64,000 nucleotides of DNA from an uncultured Gammaproteobacteria bacterium (GCA_902553145.1 CACDKD010000002.1:160990-224989); one strand, 5' to 3'. Shown: positions 11,296 to 21,610, counted from the stretch's first letter. Notes: generated by a model not told the origin, from the letters alone. Translations and numbers: made by a program.

Positions 11296-12570
11296 TCAAT
11301 GATTCGCTATTTTACTCTGTATGGCTTCAATTTTTTCATTTTTTTTAAGTCTATCAAAACTGACATCATCCATTTCACACAAAATCTCAATTTGATTGTG
11401 ATCGTTTACGATTTCTTCAATCACATTTGATGACTCATAAATCTCAGAACGAATCCTTGATTGACCAAGCTCTAACTTGATTCTTCTAAGCGTCATCTCA
11501 GGCTCTAACATCGAGCTCACTTTATCAATCAATTCATCTAGGCCCGAACGGTTCTGTGCAGAAACTGCTGCAGCATTTTTAATTGAGAATACTTCTGATT
11601 TATTTTGAATGAGATCAATCTTATTACAGACATTGACTACAGGTATATTTTCGGCATTAATCTGCTTCAATACTTTTTCCACTGCATGTTTGTTCTCATA
11701 AAAATTACGATCACTCATATCCAATACATGAAGGATTAAATCTGCAGAACAAATCTCCTCCAAGGTTGATAAAAATGCTTGAACCAACGTCTCTGGTAAA
11801 TCCCTTATAAAGCCCACGGTGTCACTCATGATGATTTCTTGTTTATTCGATAATTTCAACGGTCTAAACAAAGGATCGAGTGTTGCGAACATTTGATCTG
11901 CAGTAAATGTATCTGCAGATGTCAGTGCATTGAATAATGTGGATTTTCCCGCATTTGTATATCCAACAAGTGCCACAGTTTTTGCTGATCTCATTCTTGA
12001 TTTTCTATTCACAGCTCTTTGCACTTCAATTTTTTTAAGCCTAGCTTTTATGGTTTTAATTCTTATTCCAAGCAATCGACGATCTGTTTCGAGCTGTTTC
12101 TCTCCCGGTCCCCTAAGTCCAATACCCCCTTTTTGTCTCTCCAAGTGGGTCCAACCTCTGACTAATCGTGTGGATAAATGATTAAGTTGAGCCAATTCAA
12201 CTTGCAATTTACCCGCCGAACTTTGTGCCCTCTTCGCAAAGATATCTAAAATTAAACGCGTTCTGTCAATAACAGGACATTTTAGGATTTTTTCAAGATT
12301 TCTTTCTTGTGAGGCAATTAAATCATGGCTGAATACCAATAAATCAAATTCTTCATCGGAAATTTTCTTTATCAGATCATCGATCTTTCCCTTTCCAATC
12401 AAAGTATTTCGATTGTAAGATCTCACATTGATGTAAGTAATTCCTGCAATGGAAGAACCCGTTGAAAGGACCAATGAAATGAATTCCTCATTATCATTAG
12501 CAACAGGGCTATCGGGTCCATTGACAATAACCAAATGGGTTCTGATCTCTGAGTGTTTGTGATTAATCAA
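11296..12570 (-). CDS. hflX: GTPase HflX
   Basis: 424 aa. HflX N-domain (RLILDIFA.RA.S..GKLQVELAQL) and G-domain (VALVGYTNAGKSTLFN, DTVGFI, NKIDL). Confidence 0.93.
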   Translation of the reverse strand: MINHKHSEIRTHLVIVNGPDSPVANDNEEFISLVLSTGSSIAGITYINVRSYNRNTLIGKGKIDDLIKKISDEEFDLLVFSHDLIASQERNLEKILKCPVIDRTRLILDIFAKRAQSSAGKLQVELAQLNHLSTRLVRGWTHLERQKGGIGLRGPGEKQLETDRRLLGIRIKTIKARLKKIEVQRAVNRKSRMRSAKTVALVGYTNAGKSTLFNALTSADTFTADQMFATLDPLFRPLKLSNKQEIIMSDTVGFIRDLPETLVQAFLSTLEEICSADLILHVLDMSDRNFYENKHAVEKVLKQINAENIPVVNVCNKIDLIQNKSEVFSIKNAAAVSAQNRSGLDELIDKVSSMLEPEMTLRRIKLELGQSRIRSEIYESSNVIEEIVNDHNQIEILCEMDDVSFDRLKKNEKIEAIQSKIANH

Positions 12571-13505
12571 TCTTTATCTTCAAAATGATTATATATGATG
12601 CCTTCTATAGTTTTGAATTTTTGCTTATCCAATGGATCAAGCTTATATTCATCGTCCAACGATCTCAACCATGTCAGTTGTCTTTTTGCGTATCTTCTGC
12701 TCGATACTTTTGCAGATTCTATTGCATCATCTAGAGTCATTTTGCCAAGGATATGATCAATCATTTCTCGGTAGCCTATCGACTGCATCGAATGGCTTTC
12801 ATAAGAAACAAGTTTTTTTTCGATTAATTTTGAAACTTCATCCAATAAACCCTCCTCAATCATGGAATCAAAACGTCTATTAATATTTCTATACAAAGCT
12901 TCCCTGTCATTTGGCATTAGACTGATATCGAGATATTCAAATTCATTATCAATTCTAGTTTTTCGTCTTAACTTTGACATGGGTATGCCTGAAATCATGA
13001 ATACTTCCATCGCACGTTGTATCCTTTGTTTATCATTCGGTTTTATTTTTTTTGCTGCATCGGGATCAATTTTCTCAAGCTCAATATGCATGTCTGGCCA
13101 GCCAATTTCTTTTGCCTTTATATCTATTTTTTTTCTGATCTTCTGATTGGCACTCGGTAACTCGCTTAAACCGTCTTGGAGCACTTTAAAATACATCATG
13201 GTTCCACCAGCCAATAAAGGAATTCGATCATTTGATTGAATCTCTTTTATTTTCTTATGAGCATCATCAATAAACCTACCGGCAGAATATTTATCGTTCG
13301 GCTCACATATATCTATCAAATGATGAGGATACTTTTTTAAAATGTCTTGAGATGGTTTTGCGGAACCAATATCAAGCCCTTTATAAACCATCACAGAATC
13401 AACACTAATGATATCAATGGGATATTTTTCAGCTAATTTTAAAGAGAGTTCCGTTTTTCCTGAAGCAGTCGGTCCTCTAATGATTATGGCATTCTTAGCT
13501 TTCAA
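12567..13505 (-). CDS. miaA: tRNA dimethylallyltransferase
   Basis: 312 aa. Motifs: I.GPTASGKT.LS..LA, IISVDS..VYKG.DIG.AKP, GGT.MYFK.L..GL. Confidence 0.93.
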   Translation of the reverse strand: MKAKNAIIIRGPTASGKTELSLKLAEKYPIDIISVDSVMVYKGLDIGSAKPSQDILKKYPHHLIDICEPNDKYSAGRFIDDAHKKIKEIQSNDRIPLLAGGTMMYFKVLQDGLSELPSANQKIRKKIDIKAKEIGWPDMHIELEKIDPDAAKKIKPNDKQRIQRAMEVFMISGIPMSKLRRKTRIDNEFEYLDISLMPNDREALYRNINRRFDSMIEEGLLDEVSKLIEKKLVSYESHSMQSIGYREMIDHILGKMTLDDAIESAKVSSRRYAKRQLTWLRSLDDEYKLDPLDKQKFKTIEGIIYNHFEDKD

Positions 13506-13512
13506 AACATTT

Positions 13513-14535
13513 TTACTTAAAGTGAGGCATCACTTCTTTGCCAATAATATCCAACGCATCCATTGGATTATCATGTAAGCGGAGTGATAAATGTGTTTGA
13601 CCCATTTTTTCAAATTGCTTAAATCTGTTTATTTCTGAATCAAGATCTGTCAGGTCGCCAGTCGAAGTAAAAACACTGCATAGCTTATTAGCAAGATCAA
13701 TATCTATGTCTTTTATGTCTCCTGAGCGATCAAAATATGCCTCAACAAATGATTCAAATTTATTTGTGATCTCCTCGCATTCTTCCTCTGGAAAATAATG
13801 TTCCAACAGAGATTTATCTAATTTCCTTGCTCTCCATGCGAGCTCCCTTCTTGATTCCTTGAATGCCTCCTCTCTATTACTCTTAATATGCCAAGCCCAA
13901 AAGGAATTGATCAAAACTTCGTCCTTTTTTCCTGATCTCTTATCTTTACCGATATAGATATTCTCCATGGCTTCTTTCAAAACTTCTGGCGGTGTTGCTC
14001 CAATGTAAACACCGTCGGCGACCCTGCCCTCCATTCTCATCATCATATGGCGATAAGCAGTACCATAAACGATAGGTTTACTTTCTTTTGCCCAACCATA
14101 ATCACAAGGCAGCGATACGTTAAATATTTCTCCATCATAGCCCTCTTTTAAATCATTTGAGCATGCCCGAATGATGATCTCCAATGACTCTCTGACTGCA
14201 AGTACAATTTTCTTTGGCGTATCCAAATTCATTGCCGTGAGATTTCCTTCTCCAGCGCCAACAGCAACCTGCGCCCTTCCATTGCTGATCTCATTCAGAG
14301 TCAAAACAGAGTTGGCTATTTTGAGAGGGTGCATTTCAAAAGGACTGACAGCCAAAATGCCTAGCTTTATTTGACTGGTCTTGTTTGCAAGTTGTGTCAA
14401 GCTGATAAAAGGATCCCAATGAGAGAAGTAATTTGACGTCCATACAGACTCAATCCCATAGTTTTCAGCAACCATTCCGAGCTCACAAATTTGCTCAGGC
14501 GTAAGATCGGGCTCTAAAATAATATCAATCTTCAT
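13513..14535 (-). CDS. luciferase-like (LLM class) flavin/F420-dependent oxidoreductase
   Basis: 340 aa. TIM-barrel LLM pattern: G..SVW.S......DPF..L..LA..T..I.LG.......HP...A....TL.E.S.GR....VGAGE. It sits in the slot that mutL occupies in E. coli. Confidence 0.65.
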   Translation of the reverse strand: MKIDIILEPDLTPEQICELGMVAENYGIESVWTSNYFSHWDPFISLTQLANKTSQIKLGILAVSPFEMHPLKIANSVLTLNEISNGRAQVAVGAGEGNLTAMNLDTPKKIVLAVRESLEIIIRACSNDLKEGYDGEIFNVSLPCDYGWAKESKPIVYGTAYRHMMMRMEGRVADGVYIGATPPEVLKEAMENIYIGKDKRSGKKDEVLINSFWAWHIKSNREEAFKESRRELAWRARKLDKSLLEHYFPEEECEEITNKFESFVEAYFDRSGDIKDIDIDLANKLCSVFTSTGDLTDLDSEINRFKQFEKMGQTHLSLRLHDNPMDALDIIGKEVMPHFK

Positions 14536-15722
14536 TTCTTTCCCAGGTCTTTTCTTGTAGTGGCACTGTAGCTCTTGAGTCCTCTAACAATTGCTTCAAC
14601 AATTTTGTCTTGGTTTCTTGGGTTGATTAAAAATTTTTCGTCATCCTTATTTGAAAGATAGCTTGTCTCAATCAAAACTGAGGCGACTGAAGTTGATTTC
14701 AAAACTGCAAACTCAGCTTCACGAGGTGTTTTCTTACGAATCCTTACATCCTTTTTCATCTCTTTGAGAATATGTTTTCCTATCTCAATGCTCTGATCTT
14801 GAGCATCGATATCATCACCTGTAACCCTACTTAAAGATTTCCTCGAAGAGGTAGATTTTAGTTTTACATTATTTTTTGTTTTTGGCCGATACATTACTTT
14901 ATAGTCACTGCCTCTCCTGATCTTCCTCGAATCAGATAGAGCATATAAAGTTGCTCCTCTGACAGATCTATCTGAGAAAGCATCCGCGTGAATAGAGATT
15001 AATAGATCCGCTTTACCCTCTTTTGCTCTCGTGATTCTTTCTGATAGTGACTCCTGTTGTCGGCAATTGCTTCTATTATCTGGACAAGGAAACGAATCAT
15101 TGTCTCTGATTAAGAATGCACTCATTGTTTTCTCCTGATCGATTAATTTCTTTAATTTCTTGGAAATCTTCAAAACTAATTCTTTTTCTATGACCTGACT
15201 GCCCTGAGCTCCTGGATCTTTGCCGCCATGGCCAGGGTCAATTGCAACAATAAACTTCTTCCTATTTACCGACGAAGCAGCAACCTTCTTGCTTCCTTCA
15301 AATGCTTTTTTTAGATCGATGACTAAACGATGATTTGGATTTGGGTTCTTTGGAATTGCGCTTAGCCGGTAAAAAAGAATTTCACTAGTCTCTATTACCA
15401 TCCTTATCCGTCTTGAATTATTCCTTGCAATCCTAATACCATTGATTAATCCAGCCTTATTGAAATTTGTCTTGAGGCCTTTACCCAAATCTGCCTGATA
15501 CAGATCAATGACTATGCGGTCCGGTCGATTGAGTGTAAAAAGCTTATATTTAACTTTTTCACTTAAATCTAAAACCAATCTGGTTTCATTCTCTGATTGA
15601 TTAATTCTGACGTCCTTTAGAATTGATTTGGATTCTGCCGTATTGGCAAAAAAAGAAAATATAACTGCAAATAAAATAAATGTAGTTTGTTTCTTCATAG
15701 ACAGTGCATTTAAATGAATCAA
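14532..15722 (-). CDS. amiB: N-acetylmuramoyl-L-alanine amidase (AMIN domain + Amidase_3)
   Basis: AMIN domain: VRINQSENETRLVLDL...PDRIVIDL. Amidase_3 domain: VAIDPGHGGKDPGA, LISIHADA, ASVLIETSYLSN. The real start is probably M9 at 15698 (MKKQTTFILFAVIFSFFANTAES signal). The symbol is assigned from synteny after tsaE. Confidence 0.85.
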   Translation of the reverse strand: MIHLNALSMKKQTTFILFAVIFSFFANTAESKSILKDVRINQSENETRLVLDLSEKVKYKLFTLNRPDRIVIDLYQADLGKGLKTNFNKAGLINGIRIARNNSRRIRMVIETSEILFYRLSAIPKNPNPNHRLVIDLKKAFEGSKKVAASSVNRKKFIVAIDPGHGGKDPGAQGSQVIEKELVLKISKKLKKLIDQEKTMSAFLIRDNDSFPCPDNRSNCRQQESLSERITRAKEGKADLLISIHADAFSDRSVRGATLYALSDSRKIRRGSDYKVMYRPKTKNNVKLKSTSSRKSLSRVTGDDIDAQDQSIEIGKHILKEMKKDVRIRKKTPREAEFAVLKSTSVASVLIETSYLSNKDDEKFLINPRNQDKIVEAIVRGLKSYSATTRKDLGKK

Positions 15723-15729
15723 AAGAATT

Positions 15730-16194
15730 TTATACAGAGGATAGATTATTTTTCAATTTATTGGAAAAATCTTCAAAAAAGATCTCTCTGTGGTTTGGGT
15801 TCTCCAGTGTTTTAAATTTAATTCTAAGATCTGGTGAGAGAATTATATCCTCTCCTTTTTGAGGCCATTCAATCAAGTGGATTGAGGGCTTATCCAAATA
15901 GGATTCTTCGTGCAGATCCAGTTCAAATATTTCTGACTTGTTATTAATCCGATACAGGTCAACATGAAAGATATAGTGTTTTTGAAGTTCTATCCTCTCA
16001 ATCAAACTGAAAGTTGGACTATTGACCACTTCTTCAAAATTCATTCCCTTCATGAAGCCTTTTACAAATGTTGTTTTACCTGCTCCCAGATCTCCTTCTA
16101 AAAAGATCACGTAATTTTCATCTACTTGATCAAGCATGACTTTGCCGAGATCTCCAGCAGTTGCCATCATTTCATTCTCTGATTGTATATTCAC
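15730..16194 (-). CDS. tsaE: tRNA t6A37 biosynthesis ATPase TsaE
   Basis: 154 aa. L.GDLGAGKTTFVKG and SPTFSL motifs. Sits between nnr and amiB. Confidence 0.9.
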   Translation of the reverse strand: MNIQSENEMMATAGDLGKVMLDQVDENYVIFLEGDLGAGKTTFVKGFMKGMNFEEVVNSPTFSLIERIELQKHYIFHVDLYRINNKSEIFELDLHEESYLDKPSIHLIEWPQKGEDIILSPDLRIKFKTLENPNHREIFFEDFSNKLKNNLSSV

Positions 16195-17675
16195 GAATTA
16201 ACCAATTGTCTTATATACGGAAGCAAATCAGAAGCAATTAAACCTCTTTCGCCATCAAGTGATGCTAAATCTCCAGATTTGGAATGGATATGAGCCCCGA
16301 TAGAGATAATTTTTCCTGAGTTTTCGGTCCCGTATTGACCTAACAATGAGCTTATCACACCGGTCAATAAATCACCCATTCCGGCTGTTGCCATGCCTGG
16401 ATTACCAGAAGTGATCATGCATGGAATATCATTAACAGAATCTTTGATCAGTGAGAACTTTCCTTTCAGCAAAACGTTGGCTGAATATTTTTTTGTCAAC
16501 TCAGCGATTGCGCTCAGCCTGTCTTCTTGAATCTCGCTGACTGATGAGCTCAATAATCTAGCTGCCTCCCCTGGATGCGGTGTCAGTGTCCAATTTCCTC
16601 TTTTGATGGGATCGGAGGAAAGTATGTTCAATGCGTCGGCATCCACTACCAAATGCTTCTCAGATTCCAATGCATGGTTGTATAGATTAACTGCCCAATC
16701 ATCTGTGCCTAAACCTGGGCCAATTCCTATAATGTCTGCTTTATCAATCAAAGAAGAAATTGATTCTTGCTTAGAGGCATCATGACACATCACTTCGGGT
16801 CTGAATTGGTTGATAATTTGACAACTATTTTTAGTGGAGAGAACGCTTACAAGTCCTGAACCAGATCTCAATGAAGCTTCAGAAGCTATCCTAATAGCAC
16901 CTTCCATACCCTTATTCCCGCCAATGAGTAAGACGTGGCCGTGATCGCCCTTGTGACTTGCTTGATTTCTTCGAGTCAAAACATCACTCTTATCTTTATC
17001 CGAAACAATCTGGATTTGAGGTTGAGCATCAGAATAAAAACATTCGTCAATATTTAAATCCGAAAAATGGATTGTCCCTGCATAATTTGGGCCAGAATCA
17101 AGATAGAGGCCTGATTTTTTGCCCACATAAGTTGTGGTTATATCTGCTGAGACTGCTTCCCCAAATATCTTGCCTGTATTTCCACATAAGCCCGATGGAA
17201 TATCAATGGATAGGACCTTTGACTTTGATTCATTGATTGATTGGATTGCTTTTTGATGAAGGTTATCAAGATCCCTATTTATACCAATTCCGAATATTGC
17301 ATCTACTATCCAATCGCAAGTCAATTCAAGCTCTGATGACCATGTTTCAGTCTTTCCACCAGCATTCAAAAAGCTTTCTTTAGCTCTTTTTGCATCGCCC
17401 TTAAGATTGTCATTTGGATCGATGATCATGACATTTGCTTTTAAGCCTGATTCAATGGCGAATGTCGCCAATAAATATCCATCGCCAGCATTATTTCCTG
17501 ATCCACAAAATACAATGATGGATGCTGGTTTTTTGTTTTTTAGAATTTCAAATGAGAATTTAGCAGCCTTACGCATTAATTCAAACCCATATTCAGGCCC
17601 ATTGTCTCTAATCGCATCACTATCAATTTTTGCAACGGTGCTTGAGCTAAATACATATTTCTCGGCAAGTCTCAT
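16191..17675 (-). CDS. nnr: bifunctional NAD(P)H-hydrate repair enzyme Nnr (epimerase + ADP-dependent dehydratase)
   Basis: YjeF_N motif (CGSGNNAGDGY) and carbohydrate-kinase C-domain (HKGDHG..L.IGG, TPHPGE, GNPGMATAGMGD.L.G). The track ORF extends to 17756. I prefer M28 at 17675 (MRLAEKY...), which removes the overlap with the divergent queG. Confidence 0.88.
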   Translation of the reverse strand: MRLAEKYVFSSSTVAKIDSDAIRDNGPEYGFELMRKAAKFSFEILKNKKPASIIVFCGSGNNAGDGYLLATFAIESGLKANVMIIDPNDNLKGDAKRAKESFLNAGGKTETWSSELELTCDWIVDAIFGIGINRDLDNLHQKAIQSINESKSKVLSIDIPSGLCGNTGKIFGEAVSADITTTYVGKKSGLYLDSGPNYAGTIHFSDLNIDECFYSDAQPQIQIVSDKDKSDVLTRRNQASHKGDHGHVLLIGGNKGMEGAIRIASEASLRSGSGLVSVLSTKNSCQIINQFRPEVMCHDASKQESISSLIDKADIIGIGPGLGTDDWAVNLYNHALESEKHLVVDADALNILSSDPIKRGNWTLTPHPGEAARLLSSSVSEIQEDRLSAIAELTKKYSANVLLKGKFSLIKDSVNDIPCMITSGNPGMATAGMGDLLTGVISSLLGQYGTENSGKIISIGAHIHSKSGDLASLDGERGLIASDLLPYIRQLVNS

Positions 17676-17721
17676 GCTTCTTATTATACTTGTCCTAAAT
17701 GAAAATAATCCTTCATAAAAA

Positions 17722-18774
17722 ATGACAGATCTTAAAAAACTAAAAAGCGATATCAAAAAATGGTCAGTAGAACTCGGTTTTGATCAGATGGGTGTGTCAG
17801 GCATTGAGGTTAAAAACGATGAGGAAAAACTGATTCAATGGCTCAAAAATAATCATCATGGATCAATGAAGTATATGGAAAAGCATGGTAAAAAAAGAGC
17901 TCGTCCACATGAGTTGATTCCAGGAGCATTGAGGGTAATTTCATTTAGGATGACTTATCACTTCTTTGATAAAGAGCTCAGTGAAAAACGGTTAAATGAC
18001 AGTAAAAAAGCCTACATTGCAAACTATGCTTTAGGGCGGGATTATCATAAGACAATCAGATCAAAGCTTAAGCAGATAATTGGCCGCATCAGTGATCACT
18101 CAAATATAAAAGAAAAAAATTACTTTGTGGATTCAGCGCCTGTATTAGAACGCGCCTTGGCAAGAAATGCTGGATTGGGTTGGATTGGAAAGAACACAAA
18201 CCTTATCAATAAAAATCATGGCTCGTGGTTTTTTATTGCAGAAATCATTACAGATATTGAACTTGAATTAGATCGACCCTCTACTGATCACTGTGGCAGT
18301 TGCAATGAGTGCATTGATGTTTGTCCGACATCAGCAATCATTGCTCCCTATGAACTTGATGCAAGAAAATGTATCTCCTACCTGACAATAGAAAATAAAG
18401 AATCGATTCCAACAGAAATGAGGGAACCGATTGGCAATAGAATTTTTGGTTGTGACGATTGTCAAATCTTTTGTCCGTGGAATAAATTTGCAAAAACACC
18501 CGTGATTGATGATTTTATGCCAAGAGATGTCTTTGAAGATGCATCTCTAAAATCACTGTTCAAATGGACAGAAGAAGAATGGGATGAGAAAACCAAAGGT
18601 TCAGCAATTCGAAGAAGTGGTTATCAAGGTTGGTTGAGAAATATAGCTGTTGCATTGGGAAATTCAGAAAAAGAAATGGACACGGTGAATCTTCTTAAAT
18701 CCAAAAAAGGGAAAGTCAGTTCAATGGTGGATGAGCACATTGACTGGGCAGTTGAGCAACAACTATCAGATTAA
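17722..18774 (+). CDS. queG: epoxyqueuosine reductase
   Basis: 350 aa. Ferredoxin-type Cys clusters CGSCNECIDVCPT and CDDCQIFCPWN, plus GLGWIGKNT.LI. It lies divergent from nnr, as E. coli yjeS/yjeF do. Confidence 0.9.
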   Translation: MTDLKKLKSDIKKWSVELGFDQMGVSGIEVKNDEEKLIQWLKNNHHGSMKYMEKHGKKRARPHELIPGALRVISFRMTYHFFDKELSEKRLNDSKKAYIANYALGRDYHKTIRSKLKQIIGRISDHSNIKEKNYFVDSAPVLERALARNAGLGWIGKNTNLINKNHGSWFFIAEIITDIELELDRPSTDHCGSCNECIDVCPTSAIIAPYELDARKCISYLTIENKESIPTEMREPIGNRIFGCDDCQIFCPWNKFAKTPVIDDFMPRDVFEDASLKSLFKWTEEEWDEKTKGSAIRRSGYQGWLRNIAVALGNSEKEMDTVNLLKSKKGKVSSMVDEHIDWAVEQQLSD

Positions 18775-19439
18775 GAAAATGCAGCGGCAGTATTATTGAA
18801 AAAATGTTTTCCGAACTTCACATTTTTGAGTTCAGAAAATAGCATTTCAAAATGGTCGTCATTGTGAATAGGGTCGATATTTTCGGCATTCACAACCAAA
18901 AGCGGGGACCCTTCGTAATAGTAAAAAAACTTTGCGTATGAATCAGCAATCTTCTCTAGGTAGGAAGAATCAATAAGAAGATCAACTGAAGGAGAGCGCA
19001 TTCTGATTCTAGATAAAAGAACTTCCACAGGTGCCTGGAGATAGACAACTAAATCTGGGGAAGGATGCGAGACTTTTAAGGAATCTTTTACTTTTTTGTA
19101 TAAATCTATTTCTTCGTGAGTGAGGTTTATTTCTGTAAATATATTGTCTTTATCGAAGATAAAATCTGTAATGCTTATATTAGAAAACAAATCTTCCTGA
19201 TTTATATCCTCAAGTAACTTTGATCTTTGAAATAAGAATGAAAGCTCGGTTGGCAATGCATTCGATCTTGGATCCTTATAGAAATTTTCAAGAAAAGGAT
19301 TGGTTTCTGGCTGTTCGAGAATCAATTTTCCCTCTAAATGGTCTGCCAACTTTTTTGCCAGACTTGTCTTGCCTGATCCGACTGGACCCTCAATTGCGAT
19401 ATATTTCGTATCCGAGCTGATTATGATTGGTTCTTCCAT
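18771..19439 (-). CDS. deoxynucleoside kinase family protein
   Basis: 222 aa. P-loop IAIEGPVGSGKTSLAKKLA, then E......NPFL..FY.D and a dNK-type ERS-like FQRS motif. A lid region lies near RIRMRS. Confidence 0.7.
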   Translation of the reverse strand: MEEPIIISSDTKYIAIEGPVGSGKTSLAKKLADHLEGKLILEQPETNPFLENFYKDPRSNALPTELSFLFQRSKLLEDINQEDLFSNISITDFIFDKDNIFTEINLTHEEIDLYKKVKDSLKVSHPSPDLVVYLQAPVEVLLSRIRMRSPSVDLLIDSSYLEKIADSYAKFFYYYEGSPLLVVNAENIDPIHNDDHFEMLFSELKNVKFGKHFFNNTAAAFS

Positions 19440-19476
19440 ATTAGATTTATATTAGCAAAAATAAGGGTCGATTTTC

Positions 19477-20508
19477 CTAGAGTAAATCTTCTTGCTGAAT
19501 GATTTCTTTTGGAGGCTTTATCCCAAAATGCTCGTATGTTTTTCCAGATGCCATTCTTCCTCTTGGTGTTCGAATTAAGAAGCCTCCTTGAATAAGAAAC
19601 GGCTCTATTAAATCCTCAACGGTGCCTCTCTCTTCTCCAATGGCAGAGGCTATGGCATCGATCCCAACTGGACCGCCATCAAATTTATCGATGATTGCTG
19701 TTAGAAATTTTCTGTCTAAGTAGTCGAATCCATTGATATCAACTTCCATTAGATTCATTGCATCATTCACTAAATCAGCATTTATTCGCCCATCGCCTTT
19801 CACCTCACAATAATCTCTTGCCCTTCTCAAGAGTCTATTCGCAATCCTTGGTGTGCCTCTCGATCTAGACGCAATCTGTTCTGAACCCAACTGGTCAATC
19901 TCAACGCCGAGTATTCCTGATGATCTATTAACAATCTTTGTGATTTCATCAACCTTATAAAAATCCAGTCTTTGAGAAATACCAAATCGATCTCTTAATG
20001 GCGATGTAAGCAAACCCGCTCTGGTCGTGGCTCCAATCATTGTGAATCTTGTTAAGTCTAGTTTTATTGACCTTGCGGATGGTCCTTCGCCAATAACAAG
20101 ATCAAGTTGATAATCCTCAAGTGCTGGGTATAAGATTTCTTCCACTACTGAACTCAAACGATGTATCTCATCCACAAATAAAACATCTCTCTCTTCAAGA
20201 TTGGTCAAGATTGCCGCTAAATCTCCTGGCTTCTCAATCGCAGGTCCCGATGTATGCTTTAAATTCACACCAAGCTCATTGGCGATGACATGAGCGAGTG
20301 TGGTTTTCCCAAGCCCCGGTGGTCCAAAGATCAGAACATGATCCATGGCTTCATTCCTTTTCTTGGCAGCCTCAATGAAAATATTCATTTGATCCTTGAC
20401 GGATTCTTGGCCTATGTATTCATCAAGCACTTGCGGTCTGAGAACTTGCTCTACAGACTCTTCACCGTCCTGAACTTCTGGGGCTATGATTTTTTCTTCG
20501 TCTGTCAT
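19477..20508 (-). CDS. ruvB: Holliday junction branch migration helicase RuvB
   Basis: 343 aa. Motifs: [42 protein letters not shown]. Confidence 0.97.
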   Translation of the reverse strand: MTDEEKIIAPEVQDGEESVEQVLRPQVLDEYIGQESVKDQMNIFIEAAKKRNEAMDHVLIFGPPGLGKTTLAHVIANELGVNLKHTSGPAIEKPGDLAAILTNLEERDVLFVDEIHRLSSVVEEILYPALEDYQLDLVIGEGPSARSIKLDLTRFTMIGATTRAGLLTSPLRDRFGISQRLDFYKVDEITKIVNRSSGILGVEIDQLGSEQIASRSRGTPRIANRLLRRARDYCEVKGDGRINADLVNDAMNLMEVDINGFDYLDRKFLTAIIDKFDGGPVGIDAIASAIGEERGTVEDLIEPFLIQGGFLIRTPRGRMASGKTYEHFGIKPPKEIIQQEDLL

Positions 20509-20513
20509 GCAAA

Positions 20514-21101
20514 TTATTTATTTAGTGATTTTAATGCTTGTCGAATGAGATCCTCCACCGAGAGTTCCTCGCTGTCAATTTTATCAAGAATATTCTTTGC
20601 ATCTTTTGTTTTGTATCCCAAGTTTACGAGAGCATTTATTGCTTCTGCAACAGCACTGTTGACCCCAGAATCTTGCAGATTGTGCTGTTCATCTGAGATC
20701 TCAGAAATCTTATCCTTCATTTCCACAACAAGTCTCTCTGCTGTTTTTTTACCTATGCCTGGCAAGTGGACAAGGGCATCAATATCCTCATTCACAACAG
20801 ATTGGATGAATCCAGTCACATTTGTCCCGGAAAGAATTGTGATTGCCAATTTAGCTCCGACTCCGCTGATCTTTATAAGCGCTCTGAATAGTTTTCTCTC
20901 TTCCTCAGTGGCAAATCCATAAAGAGAATGTTGATCCTCCCTAACAACCAAGTGCGTTAATAGGAAGGCTGATTCGCCGACCTTGGGTAACTGAAAACTC
21001 GTTGATAAAGGAATAGAAATCTCGTAACCAATTCCGTTGACTTCTAGAAGAATTGCCGATGGCGTCTTTTCTTTAATCAGACCTATTAGAGATCCAATCA
21101 T
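20514..21101 (-). CDS. ruvA: Holliday junction DNA-binding protein RuvA
   Basis: 195 aa. MIGSL.G.....[11 protein letters not shown], HhH motifs ([21 protein letters not shown]) and a C-terminal domain III. Confidence 0.95.
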   Translation of the reverse strand: MIGSLIGLIKEKTPSAILLEVNGIGYEISIPLSTSFQLPKVGESAFLLTHLVVREDQHSLYGFATEEERKLFRALIKISGVGAKLAITILSGTNVTGFIQSVVNEDIDALVHLPGIGKKTAERLVVEMKDKISEISDEQHNLQDSGVNSAVAEAINALVNLGYKTKDAKNILDKIDSEELSVEDLIRQALKSLNK

Positions 21102-21595
21102 TTTGACGACGCTTCTATCTTGGCTTTAATGGATTGAGAGTGTGCATGGCAGATACCGACTGCAAGAGCATCTGATTCATCCAGATTCAGCTTTACTTGC
21201 TTTATCGACAGTATCAATTTAACCATTTCCATGACTTGTTCTTTTTCTGCCTTACCTGTACCTACTGTGGATAGTTTAACCTCTCTTGGTGAATACTCGA
21301 AGATATTAATGTTTGATTCAAAACTTGCACAAATTGCAGCAGCCCTTGCATGTCCTAGTTTCAATGCGCTGCTGGCATTCTTATGAACAAAAACAGTCTC
21401 AACAGCCATTTGATCTGGCTTATGTTCTCTGATTATTTCTGCAAGCGATTCAAAGATTATCTTGAGTCGATTATTAAAGGAATCTTTCTTTGCGTCTATA
21501 ACGCCAGATGTGACATAAGAGGTATTCGACCCATTAGAATCAATGACGCCATATCCCGTTTTAATTGAACCTGGGTCTATGCCTATTATTCTCAT
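21098..21595 (-). CDS. ruvC: crossover junction endodeoxyribonuclease RuvC
   Basis: 165 aa. MRIIGIDPGS..TGYGVI, VE.VF...N..SALKLG.ARG, D.ADALA...CH. Confidence 0.95.
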   Translation of the reverse strand: MRIIGIDPGSIKTGYGVIDSNGSNTSYVTSGVIDAKKDSFNNRLKIIFESLAEIIREHKPDQMAVETVFVHKNASSALKLGHARAAAICASFESNINIFEYSPREVKLSTVGTGKAEKEQVMEMVKLILSIKQVKLNLDESDALAVGICHAHSQSIKAKIEASSK

Positions 21596-21610
21596 ACAGA
21601 TAGTATTGAT

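Noticed and set aside
20290-20922. 210-aa plus-strand ORF spanning the ruvB/ruvA junction
   Set aside because: It is an antisense shadow of two strongly supported genes. The translation is S/F/L-rich and low in complexity, and it crosses an intergenic boundary of the real genes.
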